A stretch of 64,000 nt of DNA from the NCBI GenBank assembly GCA_965230415.1, contig CBDDKZ010000001.1, forward strand, positions 77,184 through 141,183, given 5' to 3'. This stretch comes from Cytophagales bacterium (lineage in GTDB: Bacteria > Bacteroidota > Bacteroidia > Cytophagales > JAAEPT01). The position numbers and the translations under genes were made by a program. Shown piece by piece: positions 20,532-29,247 of the stretch (position 1 is its first letter; each line of letters opens with the position of its first letter). The notes under the pieces are model-generated. The model worked only from the letters and a program-made list of their open reading frames with translations. It was not told where the DNA came from and did no database searches.

Positions 20532-21128
20532 ATGAGGGAGGATTTTGAATCATTAATTGATGACTTTTTGGAAAACCGAGTAGGAGTTTGTGAAGATTTT
20601 ATAGATTATAAATTATCACATGATTTAACTAGTAACCTCGTCTTTCTTTATAGAGAAGAGGAACTAAAACATGCTGGAGTAGGGAATAGAGATAGATCGG
20701 TTGTAGATCCCAATATTAGAAGTGATAAAATTTTTTGGTTAGATAAAAATAAGCTTCAAAAATCTGAAGAGTTATTCTTTGCTTTAATCGATTCATTTGT
20801 CCTTTACTTAAATAGAACCTGCTTTGCAGGTATTAAGTCTTATGAATTTCATTATGCGTTATACGAAAAAGGGACTTTTTACAAGAAGCACATTGATCAA
20901 TTTAAAACTGATCATGGTCGAGCATTTTCAATGATAATTTATCTAAATGAAGAGTGGATTAAGAAAGACGGGGGAGAGCTTAAAGTTTATAAGAAAGCTG
21001 AAGTACAATTAGTCTCTCCTGATAATAGAAAATGTGTGTTTTTTAAAAGTGATGAATTGCCTCACGAGGTACTGATGGTAAATAAATCGAGGATGAGTGT
21101 TACTGGTTAGCTAAAAACGACTGAATAA
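20532..21128 (+). pseudogene. 2OG-Fe(II) oxygenase (prolyl-hydroxylase/SM-20-like) with late nonsense codon
   Basis: IRSDKIFW, YKKHIDQF, IIYLN, GGEL, PHEV. RMSVTG is followed by TAG (21108-21110) then LKTTE-TAA, where the family ends RxSxTGW. Confidence 0.7.
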
Positions 21129-21243
21129 TACAGCTGTTTTTATACATTCTACCTCTAAAGTAAATGATTATATTAGTTACAACGACCCGGCTAATAAATC
21201 ATTCAATCCCCATAGCAAACAGCATTACAATAAGGAGGTAAGG

Positions 21244-22484
21244 TGTAATAGCCACTACTTGATCTGACATATGAGAGTTATCGGACATCTTGTTGATGCC
21301 CCATATTATTGGTTAAATTTAACGATTTTTCCTGATCAACCTCCCTTTTTTTATTGAGGGAGGATTGGTCAGAAAAAATTAATTGCTCTTGATTGATCAA
21401 CTTCTCTCTTGCTATTCGAATACTATCCTTAAAAGTTTGTATTGGAGTTTTACCAAAACAGAACTTTCCGCTATGAGTTCGTTGGTTATTATAGTAATCT
21501 ATCCATTGATCCAAATCTGTCTGTAACTGATCTATCGATTCATAAATTTTCTTGCGAAAAGCTACCCAAAAAAACTCTTCTTGCATAGTTCTATGAAAAC
21601 GTTCACAAATACCATTTGTTTGAGGGCTTTTTGCTTTGGTTTTTGTATGTGCAATATCCTCTATGGTTAAGTAAAGTTGGTATTCATGATGTTCTCTTTT
21701 TCCGCAATACTCAGTACCTCGATCTGTCAATACCCTTAATAGCTTTAGCTCATGTTGTTCATAAAACGGTAAAACCCTATCGTTAAGTAAATCAGCTGCA
21801 ACGATTGCATTCTTACGATCATAAAGTTTTACAAAGGCCACTTTACAGTAGGTATCTATAAATGTTTGAGCGTATATTCTCCCAATTCCTTTTACTGTTC
21901 CCACATAATAAGTGTCTTGAGAACCCAGATAACATGGGTGATGAGTCTCTATTTCTCCATGAGCTTGCTTTTCTTCCTTTGCTTTTTCTAAAGCTTGTAA
22001 CTGAGCTTCTGTTAAAATAAGATCCTCTTGAGCAGCTTTAGCTTCTAATGCCTTTAATCGCTTTTTTAGCGTCTCTAAATCATGACGTAGCCATACTGAT
22101 CTTACCCCTCCAGGTGATATGAATATACCTCGCTTTTTTAGTTCATTACTTGAACGTTGTTGACCAAAAGCAGGGAACTCTATAGCTATTGCAACTACTG
22201 CCTTTTCCACCTCCTCACTAACTCTGTTCTTTAAAACTGGTTTCTTACGACTAATTTCTTGAAGTGCTAGTTCTCCACCTTGCTCGTAGAGTTGTTTGAA
22301 TCTGTAAAATGAATCTCGACTATAGCCCATCACTTTACACGCCTGTGAAACACTTCCTAGTTGTTTACTAAGCTCTAATAATCCTAATTTGGTCTTGATG
22401 ATTTTGTCTTCACTTGTCATCACTTAATCTGTTTTAATATTATACAATTTAATTAAAATGTCAGATTAAGTCTTAACTAATACA
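21244..22484 (-). mobile_element. IS481-family insertion sequence, complete
   Basis: TGT...ACA ends; 27-bp imperfect TIRs (TGTAATAGCCACTACTTGATCTGACAT / TGTATTAGTTAAGACTTAATCTGACAT, 21/27 identical); direct repeat GGTAAGG at 21237-21243 and 22485-22491. Confidence 0.92.
21278..22423 (-). CDS. IS481-family DDE transposase
   Basis: [21 protein letters not shown] and rve core SQDTYYVG...LTDRGTEY...[10 protein letters not shown]. Confidence 0.95.
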   Translation of the reverse strand: MMTSEDKIIKTKLGLLELSKQLGSVSQACKVMGYSRDSFYRFKQLYEQGGELALQEISRKKPVLKNRVSEEVEKAVVAIAIEFPAFGQQRSSNELKKRGIFISPGGVRSVWLRHDLETLKKRLKALEAKAAQEDLILTEAQLQALEKAKEEKQAHGEIETHHPCYLGSQDTYYVGTVKGIGRIYAQTFIDTYCKVAFVKLYDRKNAIVAADLLNDRVLPFYEQHELKLLRVLTDRGTEYCGKREHHEYQLYLTIEDIAHTKTKAKSPQTNGICERFHRTMQEEFFWVAFRKKIYESIDQLQTDLDQWIDYYNNQRTHSGKFCFGKTPIQTFKDSIRIAREKLINQEQLIFSDQSSLNKKREVDQEKSLNLTNNMGHQQDVR

Positions 22485-22549
22485 GGTAAGGGCTCCAATG
22501 AACTGCGCCCTCAGCGCACTGCATTAGAGCTTAATTGTTGTGTGCTGGC

Positions 22550-22906
22550 TTATTTTTTCCAATGTTTTACTCTAAAATTTTGAACTAAAGAATCTGCGGT
22601 CAATTGAATCATTAGCGTCTTTGTTTCAATTGGGTCAATGTCCAAACCATAATCTTCCATCAAAGTGTAGCCGATGGTATTCTCTTTTAAGTTGGCAAAA
22701 TTTTCTGGTTGTCCAATTAAGTCTGTTAATTCCAGATATGTCATTCCTTTTTTTAAGTGATTTTCCATCAGGTCTTTGGCCATAGATTCTCTGTACTTGT
22801 AAAAACCGTCCACGCTATCATTCCATTTAGATTTTTCAAAATCCAGTTGATCAGTCCCACATGAACCTAAGAAGCAAAGGCACAAAATTGCGAACAGCTT
22901 TTTCAT
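22550..22906 (-). CDS. Small lipoprotein (SmpA/BamE-like LKKGMT...LIGQP motif); cassette-like gene
   Basis: Lipobox LGSC; the stop is followed after 4 bp by GCACACAAC. Confidence 0.7.
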   Translation of the reverse strand: MKKLFAILCLCFLGSCGTDQLDFEKSKWNDSVDGFYKYRESMAKDLMENHLKKGMTYLELTDLIGQPENFANLKENTIGYTLMEDYGLDIDPIETKTLMIQLTADSLVQNFRVKHWKK

Positions 22907-23199
22907 CCTTCTTCAGTCCATTTTTTTGTTAAAGACCTGTAAACTTTAGATTCTCCAACACTAAGCCCATACCAAACCATATAAGTTGAGTCGGTCTGTT
23001 TTTGATAGAACGCCAGACTATCCATTTTTTCAGTAAGTCCAAGTTCAGATACATCTTTAGGCAGTCTATTATTTTCCTTCCGAAAAGTCTCAACCTTTTC
23101 AATTAGCATTTCGGCATACTCTTGTCGTTCATTATTGAATTCACAACTATAAAGTTCGAATAGTAGTACAATGGTCAATATTATAATTAGTGGTTTCAA
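22903..23199 (-). CDS. Small lipoprotein; cassette-like gene
   Basis: Likely TTG start at 23199, just after GTTGTGTGC, giving MKPLIIILTIVLLFELYSC (lipobox). ATGA overlap with the next gene. Confidence 0.65.
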   Translation of the reverse strand: MKPLIIILTIVLLFELYSCEFNNERQEYAEMLIEKVETFRKENNRLPKDVSELGLTEKMDSLAFYQKQTDSTYMVWYGLSVGESKVYRSLTKKWTEEG

Positions 23200-23210
23200 T
23201 TTTTCTGCTT

Positions 23211-23406
23211 GCACACAACGCCAAAATAAAAGCTGTAGGGCGTTCAACTACCAATATAGTCTCAATTTAAGACCAAGGCAACTTTGCGAGGGGACATTTT
23301 AAATTCCCGAAAAACAAATGGCAATTTGCAAAGTTGCAGGTGATTCAGACTGCCACTTCCCTTTCCAACTCACGGCTTACCTATGGATTTTATTTAATGT
23401 TTCAGC
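23211..23406 (-). repeat. attC-like site (long)
   Basis: AAC..AAAATAAAA..TAGG pairs with CCTA..TTTTATTT..GTT. There is an inner perfect IR GCAACTTTGC/GCAAAGTTGC. The site starts right after the stop at 23409. Confidence 0.6.
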
Positions 23407-23408
23407 AT

Positions 23409-23951
23409 TTAATATTGTTCTTTGATTTGATGACCCGCATGGATTAGATGTTTTTTCATATTATCAAATGCATCAGCATCAACCGCTAAATCTTCCTCTT
23501 TTTCATTCTTCATCCATAAACATCCAAAACATATATGCAGTATTCCTTGAACTTTATTTTCTCTAGAATAGAAGACTATTGAATCCCTGAAGACAGGAGC
23601 ACACATAGCAGCAACTTGATCATTCAATGGTTGCGCTAGAATTTCGATAATTCCCCTTACAAATTCATCATCTTTGTTCCATTCGCCAATAGGTACAGTA
23701 GACTTATGAAGATCGCCATCATTGTTTATTATTCGGGAACTGTAAATGTTAATTTCTTCATTCAGAAATTCAATTTGCTTTTTCAATTTTGGTCGTTGCA
23801 TATATCGAGCAGTCTTTATGTCTTGCTTAATTTGATCTATCTGCTCATTGTTCTTCTTTACCAAGGATTCATAATTATACCCTCTTAACCCTGAATATGA
23901 TTTAACATAGACATATTCCAAATTTTTAATCTGTTCTGCCGCTGTTTTCAT
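23409..23951 (-). CDS. Hypothetical protein with C-x-P...ICFxC motif; first cassette-like gene
   Basis: 180-aa ORF containing MCAPVFRDSIVFY...LHICFGC. Confidence 0.65.
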   Translation of the reverse strand: MKTAAEQIKNLEYVYVKSYSGLRGYNYESLVKKNNEQIDQIKQDIKTARYMQRPKLKKQIEFLNEEINIYSSRIINNDGDLHKSTVPIGEWNKDDEFVRGIIEILAQPLNDQVAAMCAPVFRDSIVFYSRENKVQGILHICFGCLWMKNEKEEDLAVDADAFDNMKKHLIHAGHQIKEQY

Positions 23952-23982
23952 TAGTACATATGTACTTTACTCCCATTTTAGA

Positions 23983-24023
23983 AAGCGTAGAATTATCCGT
24001 ATAATTCTACGCTTATGTTTTAT
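23983..24023. other. Candidate tyrosine-recombinase attachment site
   Basis: Perfect IR AAGCGTAGAATTAT-ccgt-ATAATTCTACGCTT overlapping a Xer-like TATCCGTATAA-N8-TTATGTTTTAT, between the array and the integrase. Confidence 0.45.
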
Positions 24024-24133
24024 TTTTCAGTATTAATACACATAAACTTTAGAATATGTTGCACTAAACCGCTACCGCGGTAGTGTGTGGTGAAAAATAC
24101 GTCTAAGAATTCATAACTAAAAAAAATACCCTT

Positions 24134-24640
24134 ATGAATTCTAAAAACAGTAAAGGAGGCGTTTACACGCTTAGCGACAAAAACATCAACCAAATAGAGG
24201 ACTTATCCTCATTACTTAATCACCTGTTAAAACGTGTTTCTATTGAACAAGCCTATAGTACGGTACGGATTTACCGCCGTAGTTTGCGTGACATTAGCTT
24301 GTTTCACGGAGCATTACCCGATAGCCTGGAGCTGGATGAGATTCTAGATTACCTCAGCTTTTTATAAGAAAGAGGCAATGGCTGGGCCAAGATAAAATTG
24401 GATGTGGCTGCGTTGCGTTATTTCTATCGAGAGATCTGTCACGACCCGTTACCAGCAGCAGGTATTCCCTATCCTAAAGAAGAAAAATCCTTGCCTAAAA
24501 TTTTAAGCAGGGAAGAACTTGTCCGCTTATTTGATGCAGCAAAGAACCCCAAGCATCGGGTGATGCTTAGACTGATCTATTTGCATGTTAGTGAGGTGCT
24601 TTTGAAAGGAGCCTTTAGCCCTTTGGATAACATTGAATAA
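24134..24640 (+). pseudogene. Tyrosine recombinase/integrase pseudogene
   Basis: The two track ORFs share a frame and are split by TAA at 24365. It has a SAM-like N-terminus (STVRIYRR...AALRYFY) and IPYPKEEKSLPKILSREE...NPKHRVMLRLIY fused directly to C-terminal LHVS...SPLD, so the catalytic core is missing. Confidence 0.85.
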
Positions 24641-24821
24641 TAAACATCAAGGGCTTGCTTTAACGATACAGCAACTACTGGCGAGGCATTTTACACCTTT
24701 ACAAAAGCAAGGGCTGTTCAATAGCCGGCAAACGCGTGTGTCTAATGCCCTTCGGCAATGCAAAACCGAAAGCCTGGGCGGTCATTGGCAGGCATGCACA
24801 CATTGTGGCCGTTTAAGCTGA
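24633..24821 (+). pseudogene. IS91-like transposase N-terminal zinc-binding fragment
   Basis: ALRQCKTESLGGHWQACTHCG matches the CRT..LGG....C..CG motif; truncated immediately after. Confidence 0.8.
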
Positions 24822-24968
24822 CATTACCTTGTTTACCTTACAGTTGAGTTAAAAATTGTCGGAAAAGAAAAATAGGTACGAAGAAGTGCTCTTTCTTAGA
24901 ATCAACTATATTAGAGGCACTATCTTCGTTACTTTTAGAAGGTACTATCAGCATAAAAAACATAGCAA

Positions 24969-26088
24969 ATGAATATCAAAAAGGTAATAAGGAAAATTTT
25001 AAAAGTGATCATGTACATTTTTGCGGCATTGATCTTTTTAGTTGTCTGTACACTTCTTTATGTCAACATACATCCAACCTTTGGTGATAGCCCTAATGAA
25101 GAAAGCATGAAAAAAATTGAAAAGTCCAAGCATTACCACGATGGAAAATTTCATAACCTGGTACCTACATCGCTTATAACTTCTGAAGAAGGAGCAGACT
25201 ATTCCATTTCTGATTTCTTTTTCCCACCGGATGACAAGAATCCTCTGAAGCCTTTGCCATCAGAAAAACTGGATACGAACAAGGTTAAAGATGGAACTTT
25301 TACCTGGATGGGGCATGCATCAATACTGATGAAAACTAATGGCATGACTATTCTCACAGACCCCGTTTATCACAATGCCTCTCCTGTTGTTATTGGGGGG
25401 AAACCATTTGAACTTGAACATCCTTTTGATTTAAAAGACCTTCCTAAAATAAATGTAATCGTTATTTCACACGATCATTACGACCACCTGGAGTATGAGG
25501 GAATCCAGGAGTTTGCGAGCAAGGTCGATCAATTTTTTGTACCATTAGGCGTAAAGGCCCATGTTATGAAGTGGGGGGTGGCTAAAAACAAAATTGTGGA
25601 GATGGATTGGTATGAGAGCACCACCTACAAAGGGGTGGAGTTCACATTGGTACCTTCAAGGCATTTTAGCGGAAGAGGGATCACAAATGGTCATTCTACA
25701 CTTTGGGGAGGTTGGATATTCAAATCGGATAGGCGTAACATCTATTTCAGTGGTGACTCCGGCTATTTTGACGAGTTCGAAAAAATCGGTGAAAAGTATG
25801 GTCCCTTTGATATTTCATTTATTGATAGTGGTGCCTATGATGAAGCATGGGCAACGGTTCATATGTGGCCCAAGCAAAGTGTACAGGCAAGTATTGATCT
25901 AAAGTCAGCCGTGTATTTACCCATAGGATGGTCGAGGTTTGATTTGGCACCTCATTATTGGGACGACCCTCATCAGAGCTACGAAAGAAGCTGAAAAGCA
26001 AAACGTAACAATCACGACTCCATTGATTGGACAAACGTTTACATTGGATGAATTGCCTCAAACGAAATGGTGGGAAGCGATGAGGTAA
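24969..26088 (+). pseudogene. MBL-fold metallo-hydrolase (RomA/NAPE-PLD-like), frameshifted near the 3' end
   Basis: WMGHAS, SHDHYDHL, RHFSGR, SGDSGY. After WDDP (~25970) the family-like tail IRATKEAEKQNVTITTPLIGQTFTLDELPQTKWWEAMR continues in another frame to TAA 26088. Confidence 0.8.
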
Positions 26089-26125
26089 ATGGTTAATTCA
26101 AACGACCGCGGCAAACATAACCTAT

Positions 26126-26542
26126 TTATTCTTCTTTGTTGTTAGGCATTCGTTTTTTCGATTTTATTAACATATATAGGGCATGAGGTAACATTAAAAA
26201 TGTCATTCCGGAAAGTGGTATCATGTACACACCAACAAGTGTAACCAATAAATAGACATAAATCAGGGCAGAGGGAATGAACTTACTCGTCTTTTCAATG
26301 TAATCGATTGCCATCCCAAACGGAATAAGCAGTAAGCCAAAATAAACGAACCAAAAGGCTGCAAAATGTTCGTAGTTCATCTGCCCATTGAGAAGCGAGA
26401 ATTCCAAGAGTCCATCACTTATTTTAAAGAACAATTTCTGAGAAAATACGCTAAACTGTTTCCCAAAAGCCCAAGGTGATATACCTAACAAAAAATGTGA
26501 ACCACCAAGAAATACCAGGATTTTTCCGTTGCTTATTGTCAT
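26126..26542 (-). CDS. Small membrane protein (DUF6463-like)
   Basis: GGSHFLLG, AAFWFVYFG and MIPLSG; 3-4 TM helices. Confidence 0.65.
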   Translation of the reverse strand: MTISNGKILVFLGGSHFLLGISPWAFGKQFSVFSQKLFFKISDGLLEFSLLNGQMNYEHFAAFWFVYFGLLLIPFGMAIDYIEKTSKFIPSALIYVYLLVTLVGVYMIPLSGMTFLMLPHALYMLIKSKKRMPNNKEE

Positions 26543-26609
26543 AATATAACGATTTTGATTTCAATTACTTTTTGTCCGAGTTTTTCATTCCTATATTTTC
26601 GTTATTCGG

Positions 26610-26948
26610 CTATAAAATTCGTTTTAATTTTTGCTCAAAATGAGTGTTCGTAAGCTTAGCTACACTGAAAAACTTGAACAAGATGAAGACAGCAGGAATA
26701 GTTAAGAAAATGATACAGATGGCGAATGTACCGACGCTACAAAATACGTTTAGGATTTGAGCGCCTATCGCTCCAATATATATCGAAATACGTTCTTCTT
26801 GCGTTGTAAAATAGTGGTTGACAGCAACAGCATATTCATAAAAACGAACAAGGGTTTCGTAGCCTAACCACATACCATAAAACCATTTTCTTATCGAGTC
26901 CCACCATTTGCCCCAAATTGAGTGCCCTTGTGTGCTATTTTTTTTCAT
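26610..26948 (-). CDS. Hypothetical membrane protein
   Basis: 112-aa ORF co-oriented between the Crp gene and the DUF6463-like gene. Confidence 0.55.
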   Translation of the reverse strand: MKKNSTQGHSIWGKWWDSIRKWFYGMWLGYETLVRFYEYAVAVNHYFTTQEERISIYIGAIGAQILNVFCSVGTFAICIIFLTIPAVFILFKFFSVAKLTNTHFEQKLKRIL

Positions 26949-26992
26949 TGTTCAAAGGTCGAACAATGAAGGAGTAAGTCATTTGATATAGA

Positions 26993-27571
26993 TCAAATTC
27001 GATTTTTAGGTTTGCGAATTCGGCTTAACGTTTCAAGTGTAATTCCCAAATAAGACGCAATATGGGTTAGTGGGATTCTTTCCGTTATATTGGGGTAAAT
27101 ACTTAAAAGATGCTCGTAGCGCTGTTCTGCCTTGTTAAACTGAATACTATGTAATCTTTCGCACAAGCCCAACATCGTTTCGGTAACTACTCTACTTATC
27201 AAACGCTCAAAATCATGGTATTTGTTTGAAAGCAAATCTACGCTTGTCTTATTAAATTCATATACTGTAGCATCTTCAATAAATTCCACATAATGAGGGC
27301 TTGGCTCTTCACTAAAAAAACTCACTATTGATGCCATAAACTGGTTCTCAAACGTAAACCAATCTGAGATGTCTTTTCCGTCTTTTAAATAATAGGCCCG
27401 AGCACAGCCATCTACTATTAAATAAGCTTTTTGAGCATATTGCCCCTCACGAATAACGACGGTACCCTTTTTAAACGTTTTTAATGTGGAATTTGCAAAG
27501 AAATCTTGTTGACATTCAAAAGACAGCGGCGCATAGAAGTCGCCAATTATAGCTAAGATTGTTTCGTTCAT
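26993..27571 (-). CDS. Crp/Fnr-family transcriptional regulator
   Basis: cNMP-binding domain (GCARAYYLKDGKD) and HTH IASYLGITLETLSRIR. Confidence 0.93.
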   Translation of the reverse strand: MNETILAIIGDFYAPLSFECQQDFFANSTLKTFKKGTVVIREGQYAQKAYLIVDGCARAYYLKDGKDISDWFTFENQFMASIVSFFSEEPSPHYVEFIEDATVYEFNKTSVDLLSNKYHDFERLISRVVTETMLGLCERLHSIQFNKAEQRYEHLLSIYPNITERIPLTHIASYLGITLETLSRIRKPKNRI

Positions 27572-27644
27572 TTTAGGCCAAAATAAGCGCTCTAAGGTAT
27601 TTGATTAGCAATATAGTAATAATTCTCAATAGCAGCTTGTAGGC

Positions 27645-27705
27645 TATGCAAAAGGATCGCAGATCCTGTGATATGAGCGCCGGATTACAAATCCGGAGTA
27701 GTTGG
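27645..27705 (+). repeat. REP-like double-hairpin repeat, copy 1
   Basis: 61 bp, 59/61 identical to 28941-29001; hairpins AGGATC-gca-GATCCT and CCGGATT-aca-AATCCGG. Confidence 0.85.
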
Positions 27706-27729
27706 ATTCTTAGTTAATGTTGGTAAAGC

Positions 27730-28797
27730 TTATTTTGGCACTCCATCAAAAACAATATTTCCTGAATGTTGATCACAATACTCTTTTACGTATTTGTAAG
27801 TTTGAATTCTGTTTTTTTCAACTTCCCACAAATGATGTTTTGTTAATATTTTCATGCAATCTAATAACCCTTGAAAGTCATGTTTTTCTATTTTATTGTT
27901 ACATTCACAGAAATATTCACCTAATTCTGTTCCATTCTTTGCTGGATATTCTTTTGATAATTCTTCATCCAATTTGTTTCTTAATTCAATTGGAAATATT
28001 TCTTTCATGATAACAGACAGGGCATTCAAACTAGTATAGTTAATGTTAAGCAAATTCCATGTCTCCCCTTCATCTAATGAAATAACCAACACTTCATGTC
28101 TAATCATTTTATGCACTTTACCAACTGAATATGAAACATTTACAACTATAAGAGACATTAGCGTTTCCCCATACTTAATCAAGGATGGAATTCTCTTTAC
28201 CACTTGCTCTTCTATTTTTAAATTCAAACTATCTTTAATCTGCTGTTGGAACAAAATGTTGGACTTCAAATAATTTGTACCATAAAAATTTATATAATCA
28301 GATGGAAAGTTGGATAACAAGTAATTAATATCTCCATTGTGTTGCGACACCATGAATTTCTTGACGCGAATCATTAAATCAGAAACAAGAGCCGTATCTA
28401 TTAACCTTTCAAACTCAGACATTAATTGACGTTCCTCAATTTCTTTCTCTAGATCAAAATTCATATCAAGAATAATCGGGCCTTGCTCTATCCACCAAGC
28501 AAATTCGCGAGAATTCGAACAAGTACCTGTCTGGTAAATTACACGCAATTTACCCTTTGTCCACATATTATAGGCTAATGAAAAATAATCTGAACATTTT
28601 TTAAACTCAGGACTTGTGGTCTTAAGACGATCATATATATTCTGGATATATACTTCCTTATCTATGATGTCAGCGGTATCTACCTCTAATAATGCTGAAT
28701 TTAAAAGATTCAAACATTTACACTTTGGGTCCTCACTCGCCTTTAAATTAGAAATAACAGAAATAAGCAGAAAAAATAGAATTATTTTTTTAATCAT
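27730..28797 (-). CDS. Hypothetical secreted Cys-containing protein
   Basis: Signal peptide, very AT-rich, with a central DUF4440/NTF2-like segment (ISLDEGETWNL) and a C-terminal FCEC; bracketed by direct repeats. Confidence 0.65.
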   Translation of the reverse strand: MIKKIILFFLLISVISNLKASEDPKCKCLNLLNSALLEVDTADIIDKEVYIQNIYDRLKTTSPEFKKCSDYFSLAYNMWTKGKLRVIYQTGTCSNSREFAWWIEQGPIILDMNFDLEKEIEERQLMSEFERLIDTALVSDLMIRVKKFMVSQHNGDINYLLSNFPSDYINFYGTNYLKSNILFQQQIKDSLNLKIEEQVVKRIPSLIKYGETLMSLIVVNVSYSVGKVHKMIRHEVLVISLDEGETWNLLNINYTSLNALSVIMKEIFPIELRNKLDEELSKEYPAKNGTELGEYFCECNNKIEKHDFQGLLDCMKILTKHHLWEVEKNRIQTYKYVKEYCDQHSGNIVFDGVPK

Positions 28798-28940
28798 CCC
28801 ATAAGATTTTACCTAAGCCCAAAATAAAATTTCCTGACTGTTTAGCTACCAATATAACATCTTTCCGATAAAAACCGGAACAGCCTCACTCTTCCGGATT
28901 AACAAATTGGAATGGTAATAAGTTAGTTTATCTTGTGGGT

Positions 28941-29001
28941 TATGCAAAAGGATCGCAGATCCTACGATATGAGCGCCGGATTACAAATCCGGAGTAGTTG
29001 G
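28941..29001 (+). repeat. REP-like double-hairpin repeat, copy 2
   Basis: Direct repeat of 27645-27705. Confidence 0.85.
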
Positions 29002-29247
29002 TGAATATAGCTACAGGCGGATAGTATTCGATTCGTCCAACATCGCTTCGTTATTGGCTTAGGGCTTCTATTATTAAGACATCTGCAAGCACTGTTAAAA
29101 AATTAGTCGCTTACTTATTATTGAAATTCACCTCCGGGTAGTATACATGTCCCCGTTTTCAACATTGAACAAACCCTTGCACAATATAAAAGAAGAAATA
29201 ACACCAAACATTAGGTCGTTTGACGTTACTTCTTAAATGCTTTAGAA

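Noticed and set aside
21108-21110. TAG readthrough, pyrrolysine or recoding in the 2OG oxygenase
   Set aside because: Other genes in the window use TAG as a normal stop (e.g. nirB); a point mutation or sequencing error is simpler.
24134-24640. Calling the recombinase a bona fide integron integrase IntI
   Set aside because: The region that would hold the IntI-specific insertion is deleted, and linkage to an IS91-like gene points to a different recombinase subfamily.
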